Shown here one piece after another: positions 25,348 through 37,975 of a DNA stretch of 64,000 nt. Each line of letters opens with the position of its first letter. The stretch's first letter is position 1. Source of the DNA: Octopus sinensis. Taxonomy: Eukaryota. A program made the translations under genes and the position numbers. The DNA is taken from NCBI RefSeq assembly GCF_006345805.1, contig NC_043013.1:42160001-42224000 (forward strand). Direction: 5' to 3'. The notes beneath the pieces were generated by a model. That model ran no database searches. It was not told where the DNA came from and saw only the letters and a program-made list of their open reading frames with translations.

Positions 25348-26744
25348 CATACATACATTTATATGCATGTATATACACACATAGGTTCTTATATATACTT
25401 GTTTTTATGCATGCATATACACTTATACATAGGTATATATTTGCATTTGTACAAGTTCATATATGCGTGCACTTTTGTTTGTGAGCATGTGTATATATAT
25501 ATATATATATAGATATATATATAGATATATATATAGATATGATATGCATTTATACAAGTTCATATATATGTGTGTATTTCTTTTTGTGTGTGTGTGTGTA
25601 TTTGAATAATGTGTTGTTCTTTTTTTTTTCATTTACTTAAGCAATTAATTAAACAATAAAGGCAATTTCCATGTTTCTAATTACACAGCAGGCAACAAAG
25701 ATTAACCAAAGGGCTCATCACTAATGATGATACTGTGAGGTGGAAGACATATGGGTAGGAAAGTAGGAGTGGTGGGGGAGGAGCAATGATTAATTAATAT
25801 CATATTTGACCCAAATATCTATACACATACATACATACTCTGATGTCTATACATGTGTGTGTGAGTGTGTGTGTGTGTGTGTTATATACATACACATAGG
25901 TAAAACATACCCTGGTTTGGTGTAATGAAGTACTTCCATTAGTGAATTAGTGATTTTTAATTTGCTTTTAGTCATTACCACTGAGGCCAGGTTTTCCATC
26001 ATCTTCAAAGAAAGCCATTGGTCACCATGTATCTTTTATCTGTGGCCAGCATCATTAGCAATTACAGCTTAACGTAGGCTTTAATTAGTCTTTACTTTTT
26101 CTTTCCTTTTTTTCTTTTCTTTGCCTTGATTACTCTCTGTTTCTCTCTCTCTCTCCTCCCTATCCCCTTCTTCCCTCTTGCTCTTATTCCTTTATTTCTT
26201 CTCCTTTTTTCTACCTCTGTCTTCTCATTAATTGCTCTCATTTATTCTGGCTCTTCACATTCTGTGTTCAGATCTCACCGAGGTCAACTTTGCCTCTGAT
26301 CCCTTTCTGGAGTTGATAAAATAAAGTTCCAGTCTCATACTCAGGTCAATAGTATCATCTGACACCCTTCCATCCGTGGCTTTTATGGGTTTTTCCAGGA
26401 GTAACCTTTCGAAGCGCCTCCCCCTATTGGGAATTTCAATTGTTATATTTTCGTTGTTATCTCTGGAATTTTTACACGGTTTTTTGCACGGACAAAACCC
26501 TTTGTAACTTTCGTCCTGTGTTTTGTCCCTTAATGTTTTAATTAATTTTTGTCAGCCCCTGTGGCCAATAAATGAATGAATTATTATTATTATTATTATT
26601 ATTATTATTGGCCTGCTCGCTTAGCCAGTGGTGTGGCGTCATTTGAAGGCTAAAACAATGCGAATGCATTGTGACCAGCGATGTGTAACAACATCTGATG
26701 GTCTGGTCAGTCACGTGATTATTATTATTATTATTATTATTTTG

Positions 26745-27235
26745 GTTTGGCTCAGGTTCAGTCTTACTCCCGGTAGGATGTATTGTGAGTAGTGGGTTAC
26801 TACCCATAACCTTAGCTATCCACAAGTTTTCAGCTGTCTTTCAAGTGCTTAGAACCCTCCTGATAATCCTTGCTGTCCCCAAGAGACAAACTTTCTGAAG
26901 GAGCTCTACCGAGCATTCTTTTTCAATCTCCCTCAGACATTTGTCTATATCTTGCTTACTGTTCCCAATGCTCCAATTATTATTGGTAAAACCTTTACTG
27001 TCCTCATGCTCCTAATTCTTCCTATTTCAAATTTTAAGAGATTGTATTTTCTTTGTGTTTCTCCCCTCTTTCTTTACAATCCTAGAGTCAACAGGTATGA
27101 TGGGTCGATTAGTAAGCTACCTCACATTTCCTTATCTATAATTGTTATATCTGGTCCTTCATTTTCTAACTTCTTGTCTGTTTGAATAGGTAAGTCCCAC
27201 AAAATCTTACATTTTTCCAGCTCCAGTACTCTTTA
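26745..27235 (-). pseudogene. R4/Dong-clade non-LTR retrotransposon 3' fragment (restriction-like endonuclease domain)
   Basis: Minus translation KCKILWDLPIQTDKKLENEGPDITIIDKEM*...VKVLPIIIGALGTVSK...LQKVCLLGTARIIRRVLST*; ends in (AAT)n at 26718-26740. Confidence 0.85.
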
Positions 27236-27289
27236 GACTCAATGATCATACCATGTGTTTCCAGCTTCAAATCCCTATTTCTGACTTTG

Positions 27290-28080
27290 TGGGATTTTGT
27301 CTGTCTTCATGTTCTGAGTTCAAATTCTGCCGGGGTCAACTTTACCTTTCACCCTTTCAGGGTCAATAAAATAAGTACCAGTTTTGTACAGGGGAGGATG
27401 CAATCAACCTACCCCTTCCTTCGAAATTGTGGCCTTGTGCCAAAGTTTGTAATCATTATTATTATTATTATTATTATTATCATTATTATTATCATTGTCA
27501 TCATCATCATCTTCAAGACTGCAAGCTGGCAGAATCGTTAACATGCTGGACAAAATGCTTAGCTGCATTCTGCCCATTGCTGCCTTCTGAGTTCAAATTT
27601 CGTCAAGGTTAACTTTGCCTTTCATTATTTCAGGGTCGATAAATAAAGTACCAGTTGAACACTGGGGTCAATGTAATCGACTCAACCTCACTTCCTCCAA
27701 GCTACCCTTGTGGTAAAAATTTGAAATGATTATTATTAGTAGTATTATTATTATTACTACTACTGCTACTACTACTATTAAGGTGGTGAGCTAGCAGGAT
27801 TGTTAGCATACTGGGCAAAATGTGTTGCAGCATTTCATCCATCTTTGTTGTGAGTTCAAATCCCATCAAGGTCAACTTTGTCTTTTATCGTTTCAGGGTC
27901 GATAAAAGAAGTACCAGTTGCATACTGGGGCTCATATAATCAACTCATTTCCTCCTCCAAAATTTGAAACCATTATCGTTATTATTGTAAAGGCAACAAG
28001 CTGAACAAAATGTTTAGCAGCATTTCTTATGTCTTTACATTCTGAGTTTAAATTCTACAGAGTTCAACATTGACTGTCAT
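27290..28080 (+). mobile_element. Head-to-tail cluster of about four family-C-type SINE copies separated by (TAT/CAT/TAC)n
   Basis: ttctgagttcaaat...tttcagggtc(g/a)ataaa..agtaccagtt recurs at ~27310, 27585, 27850 and (partial) 28040. Confidence 0.75.
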
Positions 28081-28766
28081 CCTTCTATCATCATCATCAT
28101 CATCGTTTAACGTCCACCTTCCATGCTGGCATGGGTAGGACAATTTGACAAGAGCTGGCCAGGCAGGAGCCTGCACCAGACCTCTCTGTCTGTTTTGGCA
28201 TGATTTTTACTGCCGGATGCCCTTCCTGACACCAACCACCCAGAAGGGTCGATGAAATGAATACCAGCTTTATACTGGGGACAATGTAATCGACTAACAT
28301 CCCTCCCCCAAAATTTCAGGTCTTGTGTATAAGTAGAAAGATTTATTATTATTGTTGCTTCACCTCTTCTTCAAAATATGTCTCTTTTCTTTCCTATCTT
28401 TTTCCTTTCTCCAATCTTCATCCATTCTCGCTCCTCCTTCCGCACTCCTCCTTCTTTTCTCCCACCTCATCCATTTCTTCCTCTATCCCCCATCTTCTCC
28501 ACTTCTTCCTCCTCCCATCAATATTTTCCTCCCTCCCCCCCATTTACTCCTCCTCCTTCTCCATCCTCACTTCTTCTTTTCATCGACCATTTTTCTATTC
28601 TTTCCATCTTCATTCTCTTCACCTCCTGCCTCTCTCCTATCGTTCTCTTTCCCTCCCATCCCCTTACTTTCCTGTTGCACCATTGGAATGGTAGAACCAG
28701 AAGAAACTGTACAGTGCCAGTTCAATGGTACTTTAAAAGAATTATACAACCACAATGGTACCATAA

Positions 28767-28815
<49 letters not shown>

Positions 28816-29329
28816 TGTGTGTGTGTATGTAAATATCTAAGGCACTGAAAATTTATTAAAAGTTATACATACATATACACATGCATTCATACATACATAC
28901 ATATACACATGCATTCGTCATACACACGTGTGTAAGTATGCATGTGAATAGATAAACAGATAGATAGAAAGATAGACAAACGGACAAACAGGTAGGTATG
29001 TAGAGAGAGAGACAGATAGGTAGGTATGTAGATATGTAGATAGGTAGGTAGGTAGGTAGATAGATACGAAGGTAGGTAGATAGATAGATAGATAGATAGA
29101 TAGGAGGGTAGATAGATAGGAAGGTAGATAGATAGATAGGAAGGTAGATAAATAGATAGGAAGTAGATAGATAGATAGATAGGAAGGTAGGTAGGTAGGT
29201 AGGTTGGTAGGTAGGCAGGTAGTTAGATAGATAGGTAGATAGATATTTATATATGTGTGTATTTATACTTCTATAACCTCCACCCCATATTTCACTTGTG
29301 TTTCCACCCACCCCACCATCACTACCTTC

Positions 29330-29880
29330 AATTACAAATCAATTTAGTAAAGACTCATTGGAAACTGCCATATAATCCTCATTAGAAGATTGTCTATTGC
29401 TTTGCTAATTACCATTTAATTGTTGTCCATCTGTTACTGTATTGATGATGCACTTGTCGGACAGCAAGCACCAGGTCATTGCTGACTGATGGTAATGCAT
29501 CATTAGAGCAGCATTATTAATTTACTTAATCTTCATGACAGTAATTAATCAGTTGTGACGGATTTTGTCTTATCATGCGGCTGGCACAAAATACATGCTA
29601 CTGACAAAGCCCAACAAGGCAGAAATGCACACCTAGCACTCTCACCACCATCACAGCTGGCAATGATTTTCCTCTGCCTCTGATGTATTTTGTCTGGTTT
29701 TAAACACAGTATGTCCATGAGAGATATTATTTCCAGAAGAATACAGCAGTTAATTTGACTTTTTGTGATGTCTGCCACTGAGAAGCCCCCAAAAAAGTGA
29801 AATTATATGATCTGGCAGTTTCAGCAGCCATAGCAGACAGTTCTCATCTGTCAACAGCATAAATATGAGTGCTTTTATAC
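29330..29880. promoter_or_regulatory. Unique, non-repetitive, TAAT/ATTA-rich block; candidate conserved enhancer
   Basis: Many homeodomain-type cores (gctaattaccatttaattg, cattattaattt, gtaattaatc, agttaatttg), no convincing ORF or splice pair. Inferred from sequence texture only. Confidence 0.3.
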
Positions 29881-29898
29881 ACCATGAGTATATATATA

Positions 29899-29941
<43 letters not shown>

Positions 29942-30558
29942 TTTACTTGTTTCAGTCATTTGACTGTGGCCATGCTGGAGCACAGCCTTTAGTCAAAGAA
30001 ATCGACCCCAGGACTTATTCTTATCAGTCTCTTTTGCCAAACCGCTAAGTTACGGGGACGTAAACACACCACCATCGGTTGTCAAGCGATGTTGGGTGAC
30101 AAACACAAATATATGAACACACATACATATATATAATAAAAATTTATATATAAAGAACGTGAAATTCACGAATTGACGAACACGGAAAACAGACAGTCAT
30201 TCAGAGCCTTCATTCTTCAGTCTGAAACCGATTCATCATGGCAAATTTTGGCTGTTTAATTCTGAGATTTGCTCCAAAACGGCCAGCCCATATATATGAT
30301 GGGCTTCTTTCAGTTTCCATCTACCAAATCCACTCACAAGGCTTTGGTCGGCCTTGTGACAATTTTCATGTGAAGCAGCTGGAGATATGATAGTTTGACC
30401 AAAGGCACCAGTTATTGCAAGCAAAATTAAATATTGAAAAAAAAACGCATTTGACCAAATTTGGAAATACGACAGTTTAACATAATAGCAACAATGTTTT
30501 CTACAAAATGTATTGAGTAATTCTTCAATTTAATGTAAAATTGACACAAAAACAAGCA

Positions 30559-30597
<39 letters not shown>

Positions 30598-32067
30598 GGT
30601 AAAAAACATAATAAATGCATAGACATGGAAATCAGACACAGAAGGTCACCAACTCCTCATCAATTATCAGCCAGAAGGTCAAACGCAATGTTGCACCTTT
30701 AATGATAATATTGATTTCTTTCTGGTGGCGCCAGCAAAAAAAAAAAGAAGCTGCTGGGAAATGGGAACAAAATATAATGAGAACAAATACATAGTTATAA
30801 TATATATATATATATATATTTTTTTTTTTTCTTTATTGGCCACAGGGGGCTAAACTCAGAGGGGACAAACAAAGGAATTAAGTTGATTGCATCGACCCCA
30901 GTGTGTAACTGGTACTTATTTAATCAACCCCGAAAGGATGAAAGGCAAAGTCGACCTCGGTGGAATTTGAACTCAGAACATAACAGCAGGCAAAATACCT
31001 CTAAGCATTTTGCCCAGCATGCTAATGATTCTGCCAGCTTGCCACCTTGCCAATATATATATAGATATAGATGTCATTAGGGTTGATACACACACACACA
31101 TATACATGCAATTACAGAAGACTAAGAAGAGAACGCATAGTGTTCAGACTAATTATGTTTATCTGCATCACTATTTCCATATCAGCTCATCTTGGATTTC
31201 ACACTTGATGCAGTGGACCTCATCCTGGATGATAAATTCAGAATTTAAGTTCAAATTTATTCGAGCACCACTACATGGTCCAGAAGTAAGAAATGCACTA
31301 AGATCAGGTAAAAGTGCAGTAAACAGGGTGCATCATTTTACATTCCATGCTGGCATCAGTTGGACAGGTTGCCATGGTTTAAATTCTTATTTGGAGTTAA
31401 TGCCTTCATCCATGGTTCAACAGAAGACTGATGTCCTTATCAGAACGTCAGCTTTCTAGAATTCACTCTCTACTCACTTTACTTTTTGTTTTTAATGGGT
31501 GATGCCTTGCAAGAGGCATATTTATGACATCAATCTTTATCTAGGAGAGTCTGTGAAAGCCATGAACACTGTCCTTTGTCTAAACCCAGCAAAAGCAAAG
31601 AAGAAAAATCCAATCAAATCTAACCAAAAGCAATTTATTTTCTGTGGTATCTTGGGTAAGTGTCTTCTACTATAGCCTCAGGCTGACCAAAGCCTCAGGT
31701 TGACCAAAGCCTTGTGAGATTTGATAAGGTGAAACTGAAAGAAGCTTGGTGTAGTGGTTAGGCTGTTGCACTCATGATTGCCAGATCATAGCTTTGATTC
31801 CCAGAGAGAGTGGTGTATTGTGTTCTTGAACAACACACTTCATTTCACATTGCTCCAGTCTACTGTGACAAAGTACCCCCCCCCCCACACGCCACAACCA
31901 GGGGAGAATGTTGGCCTGCTCACCTAGCCAGCCGGGTGACATCATTCGAAAGCTAAAACGATGCAAAGCGCATTGTGACTAGTGATGTATAACCACATCC
32001 AATAGTCTGGTTTACAGCGGCAAAAAACACTTGAAACTGAAAATTTGAACCCTGCTTATTTTCATCA

Positions 32068-32356
32068 TTTGACACAACTGAATCGGCAAACCCTGGAGTG
32101 TCATAGAATTACAGCAGACCTTATTATGGTTTACAAGATCAAATATGGATGTATTTATTGATCTTAAAACTGATGATGTTGTTTTTCTTCCTTTTCTTTA
32201 CTGTTTGTAATACAAAATACGCATGGCCTGATGGATTGAAAGTGGTCCAAGAATATAACCGTTTACACAATGGGAAGAACTACTTTTCTCCTCTTCAATT
32301 AATTAAAATTTGGAATGTTTTTAGATCTAGTGTTGTTTTAGCTCCAGCACTTAATG
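32068..32356 (+). pseudogene. CR1/L2-group LINE RT C-terminal fragment
   Basis: PAYFHHLTQLNRQTLECHRITADLIMVYKIKYG ... GKNYFSPLQLIKIWNVFRSSVVLAPALN matches 'Y..RL..L.L..LE.RR..DLI.VYKI ... F..R...WN.L...VV.A'. Confidence 0.75.
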
Positions 32357-32382
32357 TGTGTGTGGGATGTGTGTGTGTATTA

Positions 32383-32416
<34 letters not shown>

Positions 32417-32489
32417 GATATATATATACGTATATACATATATATACATATATAATATATATATACATATATATATATATATATTATAT

Positions 32490-32520
<31 letters not shown>

Positions 32521-32635
32521 TACATATATACATATATATACATATATACATATATATAATATATACATATATATATATATATATATACATATATATACAT
32601 ATATACATATATATATATATATACATATATATATA

Positions 32636-32667
<32 letters not shown>

Positions 32668-32699
32668 TACATATATACATATATATATAACATATATAT

Positions 32700-32770
<71 letters not shown>

Positions 32771-33005
32771 CATATATATATATATATATACATACATATA
32801 TATATATGTATATATATACATACACATATACACACACACATGCATACACAATATATAAACATACACACACATATATTTATCATTATTATCCTTTAACATC
32901 CATTTTCTATGCTGTTATGATATATATATATATATATTTGTGTGTGTATATATATATACACACACACATACACACTGATATGTGTATATATATATATATA
33001 TATTC
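32383..33005. repeat. Very long (CT)n-(TA)n/(TACA)n microsatellite
   Basis: About 400 bp of nearly pure TA/TACA at 32418-32810. Confidence 0.95.
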
Positions 33006-33384
33006 TTTCTTTTATTTGATTATATTTTCATTATCATGAGGTGATCACAATGGTACAGTGTGGAAAGGGGGAGAGATTGGTACATATTGTTTGTATTTTG
33101 CAGGGAAGAAGGTTGTACTCACTGTTAGAAAATATAGTTGGCACATGTTCTCTCCAGCGTAAAAGATGTTTTCATATTCTGTATGTAAACATACTTTGTC
33201 TGGCTGGGTGTGTATATTATTCTGGATTTTTAAAAACGATACACTGCAGACTGCTACAGAGTGCAGGCATGGCCGTGTGGTTAATAAGTGTGTTTCTCTG
33301 TCTATTACATTGTCCCAGGTTCAATCTCATTGCACAGCAGCTTGGGTAAGAGCCTCTGACCATTTAGCATTCACACTGTGGAGG

Positions 33385-33830
33385 GGATATGGGGAAGAAG
33401 TAGATCCAGGAAGACATGGAATGAAGTGGTGACAAAGGATCTTCAGGCGTTAGGCCTTACAGAGGGGATAACAGGGGACTGAGGCTCCTGGCGGTTTGCT
33501 ATGCTTGAGGAGACACATCGATCTATGTAAAAGCATGGTTGCCCTTGCATACAGGTATGTCCCCTGCATCCCACTTCAGCTGATCGTTCCTAATCTTTCA
33601 GGCTCATGGGTGTTGGTGCCGTGTAAAAACAAACACCCACACCAATGTTACGTAAATCCACCTGTATTGGTGTTGCATAAAAACACCAAGTACACTCTGT
33701 AAAGTGGTTGGTGTTAGGAAGGGCATCCAGCTGTAGAAACCAGGCCAAAACAGACATGGAGGTTGACCAGCTCCTGTTAAACTGTCCAACCCATGCCAGC
33801 ATGGAAATGGATGTGAAAAGAAGATGATGA
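33385..33830 (+). mobile_element. RTE LINE 3' end: coding tail followed by family-B 3' UTR and (GAT)n
   Basis: RSRKTWNEVVTKDLQALGLTEGITGD*GSWRFAMLEE from 33402, then gtggttggtgttaggaagggcatccagctgtagaaac...gatgatgatg. The same arrangement occurs at 56005-56390 and 62680-62880. Confidence 0.75.
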
Positions 33831-36477
33831 TGTTTATTCTGTCACATGTATTGCTTATCTCATTGCTTAGAATTAACCGTGCATTATCTCATAGCTTCAA
33901 GATTTTTATGATGTGATTGTCCTACTTTTAAAATGACATTGTAAGGTAGATGTGAGAAACCAGATCAGGCTGGTTTTGAACATATAACAGGAAGAATATT
34001 TGGGTTGAATAGAGCTGGTTTAAAAGCTGAAGGGTTAAACCTAACATTGAGTCAATCCAGACAGTTTTTATCTATATGATGTTTTTAACTTATGTAGGCA
34101 TAGCTGCATGATAAGAAGTTTGCTTCTCAACCATATGGTTCTGGGTTCAGTCCCACTGCTTAGTACCTTGGTCAAATGTCTTCTACTAAAGCCTCAGGTT
34201 GACCAGAGTCTTGAGAGTGGATTTCGTAGACAGAAACAGAAAGTAGCCTATCATGTGTGTGTGAGTGTCTGTGTTTGTTCCCCCTCAACACTTGAAAACT
34301 GGTCTTGTTTTGTTTATGTTCCTGTAACATAGCAGTTCAGCAAAGGGAACTAATAGAATAAGTCCCAGGCTTAAAGAAAAATAAGTACTGCAGTTGATTC
34401 ATTCAACTAAAATTCTTCAAGGTGCCCCAGCATGGCCGCAGTCTAATAACTGAAGCAAGTAAAAGATAAAAGGCATATTGCTGAAAAGTCAGTGGCTCCT
34501 GGGGGCATTTGGAAAAGATCCCTTTCATAGATAAAGTAAAGAATAAAGAACCCCTTCAGTTATGAATGACCATGGGATTGCACCTAGAAAGTTCCCCTCT
34601 GAGGCACAAGTCCAGGCAGGGTTGTTTATGGAAGACCAGCAGTCACACATGCATACCAGCAGCACCTTTCCATGCCACTGATGTTATCCAAGGGAAAGGC
34701 AAAGGTTGATACAGCTTGGCACCAATGACATCACAACTCACGAGTGTATGGAGCATCGGGAAACACAAGAACACAACACACAGCCCAGTCAGGGAATCGA
34801 ACTCACTACCTCATGATTGTGAGCCCGATGCTCTAACCACTGAGCCATGCACCTTCATAGTTATAGTGTGTTAAAACTACAATAATACCTCAGGGCTAGA
34901 TCATACAAAATCACCCCAGAGCTGATATTCCAGGGTGATTTCCTTTTGTCTTAGATCTGGACTGTATTGTATTTTTAACACACCACATACATTTACGAAA
35001 GTATCCTTTCCAAGATATCCACTGCAGTCTCTGACCTTACAACAATATACATACATTGACATAGCTATATTATCTCTATGTCATATAGATAAAGACTTTT
35101 ATCTCAAGCTGCTCCTGTTGCATAATTCAAATTTATACAATGTTTCATCTGATATTTAAGAATTAGTGTTCGCAAAAATTTTGTCTTTTCTTTTTTCTTT
35201 TTTTTTTTTGCTTTCATGTTTTTATCTGTGACAATGGTATGTGTGCTCTGAATGTATAATTAATATAATTATCAATTACTGAATATATTACATTTTATCG
35301 TTTACTAGTTTTAATCAGTGGACTGTGGCCATACTGTGGGCACTTACCTCTAAGGGTTGTAGCCAAAAAAATTGACTCCAATACTTAGTTTATAAGTTTT
35401 GAGGATGTAAACAAACCAACACTAGTTGTCAGACTGTGGTGGGGGACAAGGATAACATACACACACACACACACACGTGTGTGTGTGGTTGGTGTAAGGA
35501 AAGGAATCCAGCCATAAAAACCTTGCCAAAATAGACAGTGAAGCCTGGTGCAGTCTTCTTCCTTGCCTGACCCTGTCAAACCATCCAACCCATGCCAGCA
35601 TGAAAAACGGACGTTAAAGGATAGTGACCATATGACAGATTTCTTTCAGTTTCTGTCAACCACTCACAGGACTTTGGTCAGCCCAAAGCTGTAGCAGAAG
35701 ACGTTTGCCCAAAGCACTATACTGTGTGATTGAATCCAAGTTCACATGGCTGGAAAGCAAGCTTCGTAACCCCACAACCACTCCATGCAGTGAATGTAAT
35801 TACTATTAATTACTGAATATATAGTAAGTATAATTGTTAATTAATGCATTCATTAAACTAATTTTTAGTGTATACATTAATTATTTCATGTCTGAATTAC
35901 TGAGATAAGGCATTGTCATTATTATGCACCAATTAGCTGAATCATTAGAGCATCGACCCCTTTAGTGTTTAAACCAGCCATATCAGGCTACAATATTCTT
36001 CTACTTGTTCTATGTTCAAATCAGCCAGATCTGGCCTCTCACACCTATCCTACAATGTCATTCTAAAAACAAACAGTCACATCATTAAAGCCTCAAAATT
36101 ACAAGATGATGCATGATTAATTCAAAACGATGTGAATAAATATTATATTTGGCAGAGTAGTTAATTCTAAAGCATCTCTTGTGAGTTAACACGAGCACTT
36201 GAGCCTTGGAGCTGTTTGGCAGAGTTCTTTTGTTGCAAGCATTCAGAGCAGGTCCCCTGGTCTGAGAATAACACCCATGAGTCATAGTTTCTCCCCACTT
36301 TCTCCTCCCTCCGGTCTTGGAGGCCTGGTGAAGAATCATAAGGGCCCTCCTGGTGCTGACTAAACCACAACAAATTTAGTTTATCTTAGAATTTTTTTTA
36401 CTCCCAGTATATCCCCCATCTGTTCTATTCATTATCTGTACTTCTTTTTTTTTAAATAAATTTTTTTTAATATATAT

Positions 36478-36712
36478 AAGGCAGTGAGTTGGCAGAATAG
36501 TTAGCATGCCAGGTGAAATGCTTAGCAGTATTTTGTCTGCCATTACGTTCTGAGTTCAAATTGTTCCGAGGTCGACTTTGCCTTTCATCCTTTCGGGGTC
36601 AATTAAATAAGTACCAATTATGCACTGGGGTCGATGTAATTGACTTAATCCTTTTGTCTGTCTTTGTTTGTCCCCTCTATGTTTAGCCCTTTGTGGGCAA
36701 TAAAGAAATAAA
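36478..36712 (+). mobile_element. Full-length tRNA-derived SINE, family C
   Basis: ggcagtgagttggcagaatagttagc (A box) ... gttctgagttcaaat (B box) ... gggcaataaagaaata. A near-consensus minus copy is at 54860-55078; others at 16360-16555, 30830-31045 and 63655-63880. Confidence 0.85.
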
Positions 36713-37649
36713 TATATTTCAAGGAAGTGGTGGTGCCCATGACCTTCAGAGGTCTTCTGTAAATCCTGCAGTTAATATATTCCATTTGAACAGTTATGAA
36801 TCAATCTCTGCAGCAAGAAAAAAAAGAGTGCAGTTGGGAGTAATTCCAGGAGGCTGAAATATTGGGGTAGAAGGACTGGACATAGTACTTAATGTAGAAT
36901 TTCAGGTTGGTTCACAAGAGGAGGAGAGACAAATGAACCAGGGGTATTTCACACACACACACAACACACACACACACTCCACCACTTCAAACAGTAAATT
37001 AAATACTTTGCCCGTTCCTTTCTTACCAGATTTGAAACCCTTTGTAACTCATTCCCTGCCCATGTAGTTGTTGGTCAGCTCTGGCACAATAGATTTATAG
37101 TCACTGGCATTCCAGCCATGGCCATCTTCCTCTTAGGCATACCTGCCCCTAACTTTAGTGCCTGGGTGGGGGTGGGGACTTCAGAATATTCTGGGTTGGC
37201 ACAGTGCAAAACTTGAGTCACTAAAATGAAGTAAATGTGAGGATTACCATTGAATAGTGATGCGGTAGTGTCATCTAGTGCACCCACTTAGTGACAGGCA
37301 TGCTCTTATGCATTGCATATCTTGGTCTACATTATTCAAAGTACCCTTCTCGTTTCAAACTGGTTGTGCATAATTCAAGTTGAATTTGGCTGCTAATTTT
37401 GGCAGGTCAGGCAACCACATTGGGACTACCCTTGTTTCGTAACTACAACCACCCAGCACCAAAACTTGAAGCTGACCATAATGACCATAGCTATGTTGAT
37501 ATCACCATTCAGGTCAGAATATAGAAACACTATGGGCACTGGCTCTCTTCCAGTTACGTAATATAATATCGTTAATTAGGCCCATAGTCATAGCTGAGTC
37601 GCTTGGTTTTTCTCATTTAGGCCTGTACACATTGTAAACATTCACTTAC

Positions 37650-37667
37650 TTACAGAATTAGTTGGAG
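37650..37667 (-). other. Candidate microexon (14 or 18 nt, two overlapping GTAAGT donors)
   Basis: ~50-nt pyrimidine tract ...tttctctgtttatttttccccctcacaaag|ctccaactaattct|gtaa|gtaagt. Confidence 0.4.
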
Positions 37668-37917
37668 CTTTGTGAGGGGGAAAAATAAACAGAGAAAAAA
37701 ACAAAAATCAAAAACAAAAAAAGATTATAGTGACTGATATGAATTATACATAACACAGTGTGCTATGTGTTAATGTCATCTTATATATTAACTTGGCTTT
37801 CAATGTAACACAGTTTTCAGAACAAGTCTGTGTTTACATATAGCAACATTGATTGTCATACGTTGTTTGATGTAAGATATACATAATTAATGTATTCAAC
37901 ACTTATTACTTACTCTT

Positions 37918-37975
<58 letters not shown>

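Noticed and set aside
31010-31459. 149-aa plus-strand ORF with possible splice sites (31196-31285)
   Set aside because: It starts within a SINE, has no recognisable domain, its strand conflicts with the better exon set, and support is weak.
37075-37560. ORF MGALDD...KRKMAMAGMP... and neighbouring unique-looking DNA
   Set aside because: It shares ggctggaatgcc and tttggctgcta motifs with the LINE 3'-UTR repeat (compare 6170 and 6885); it is decayed repeat sequence.
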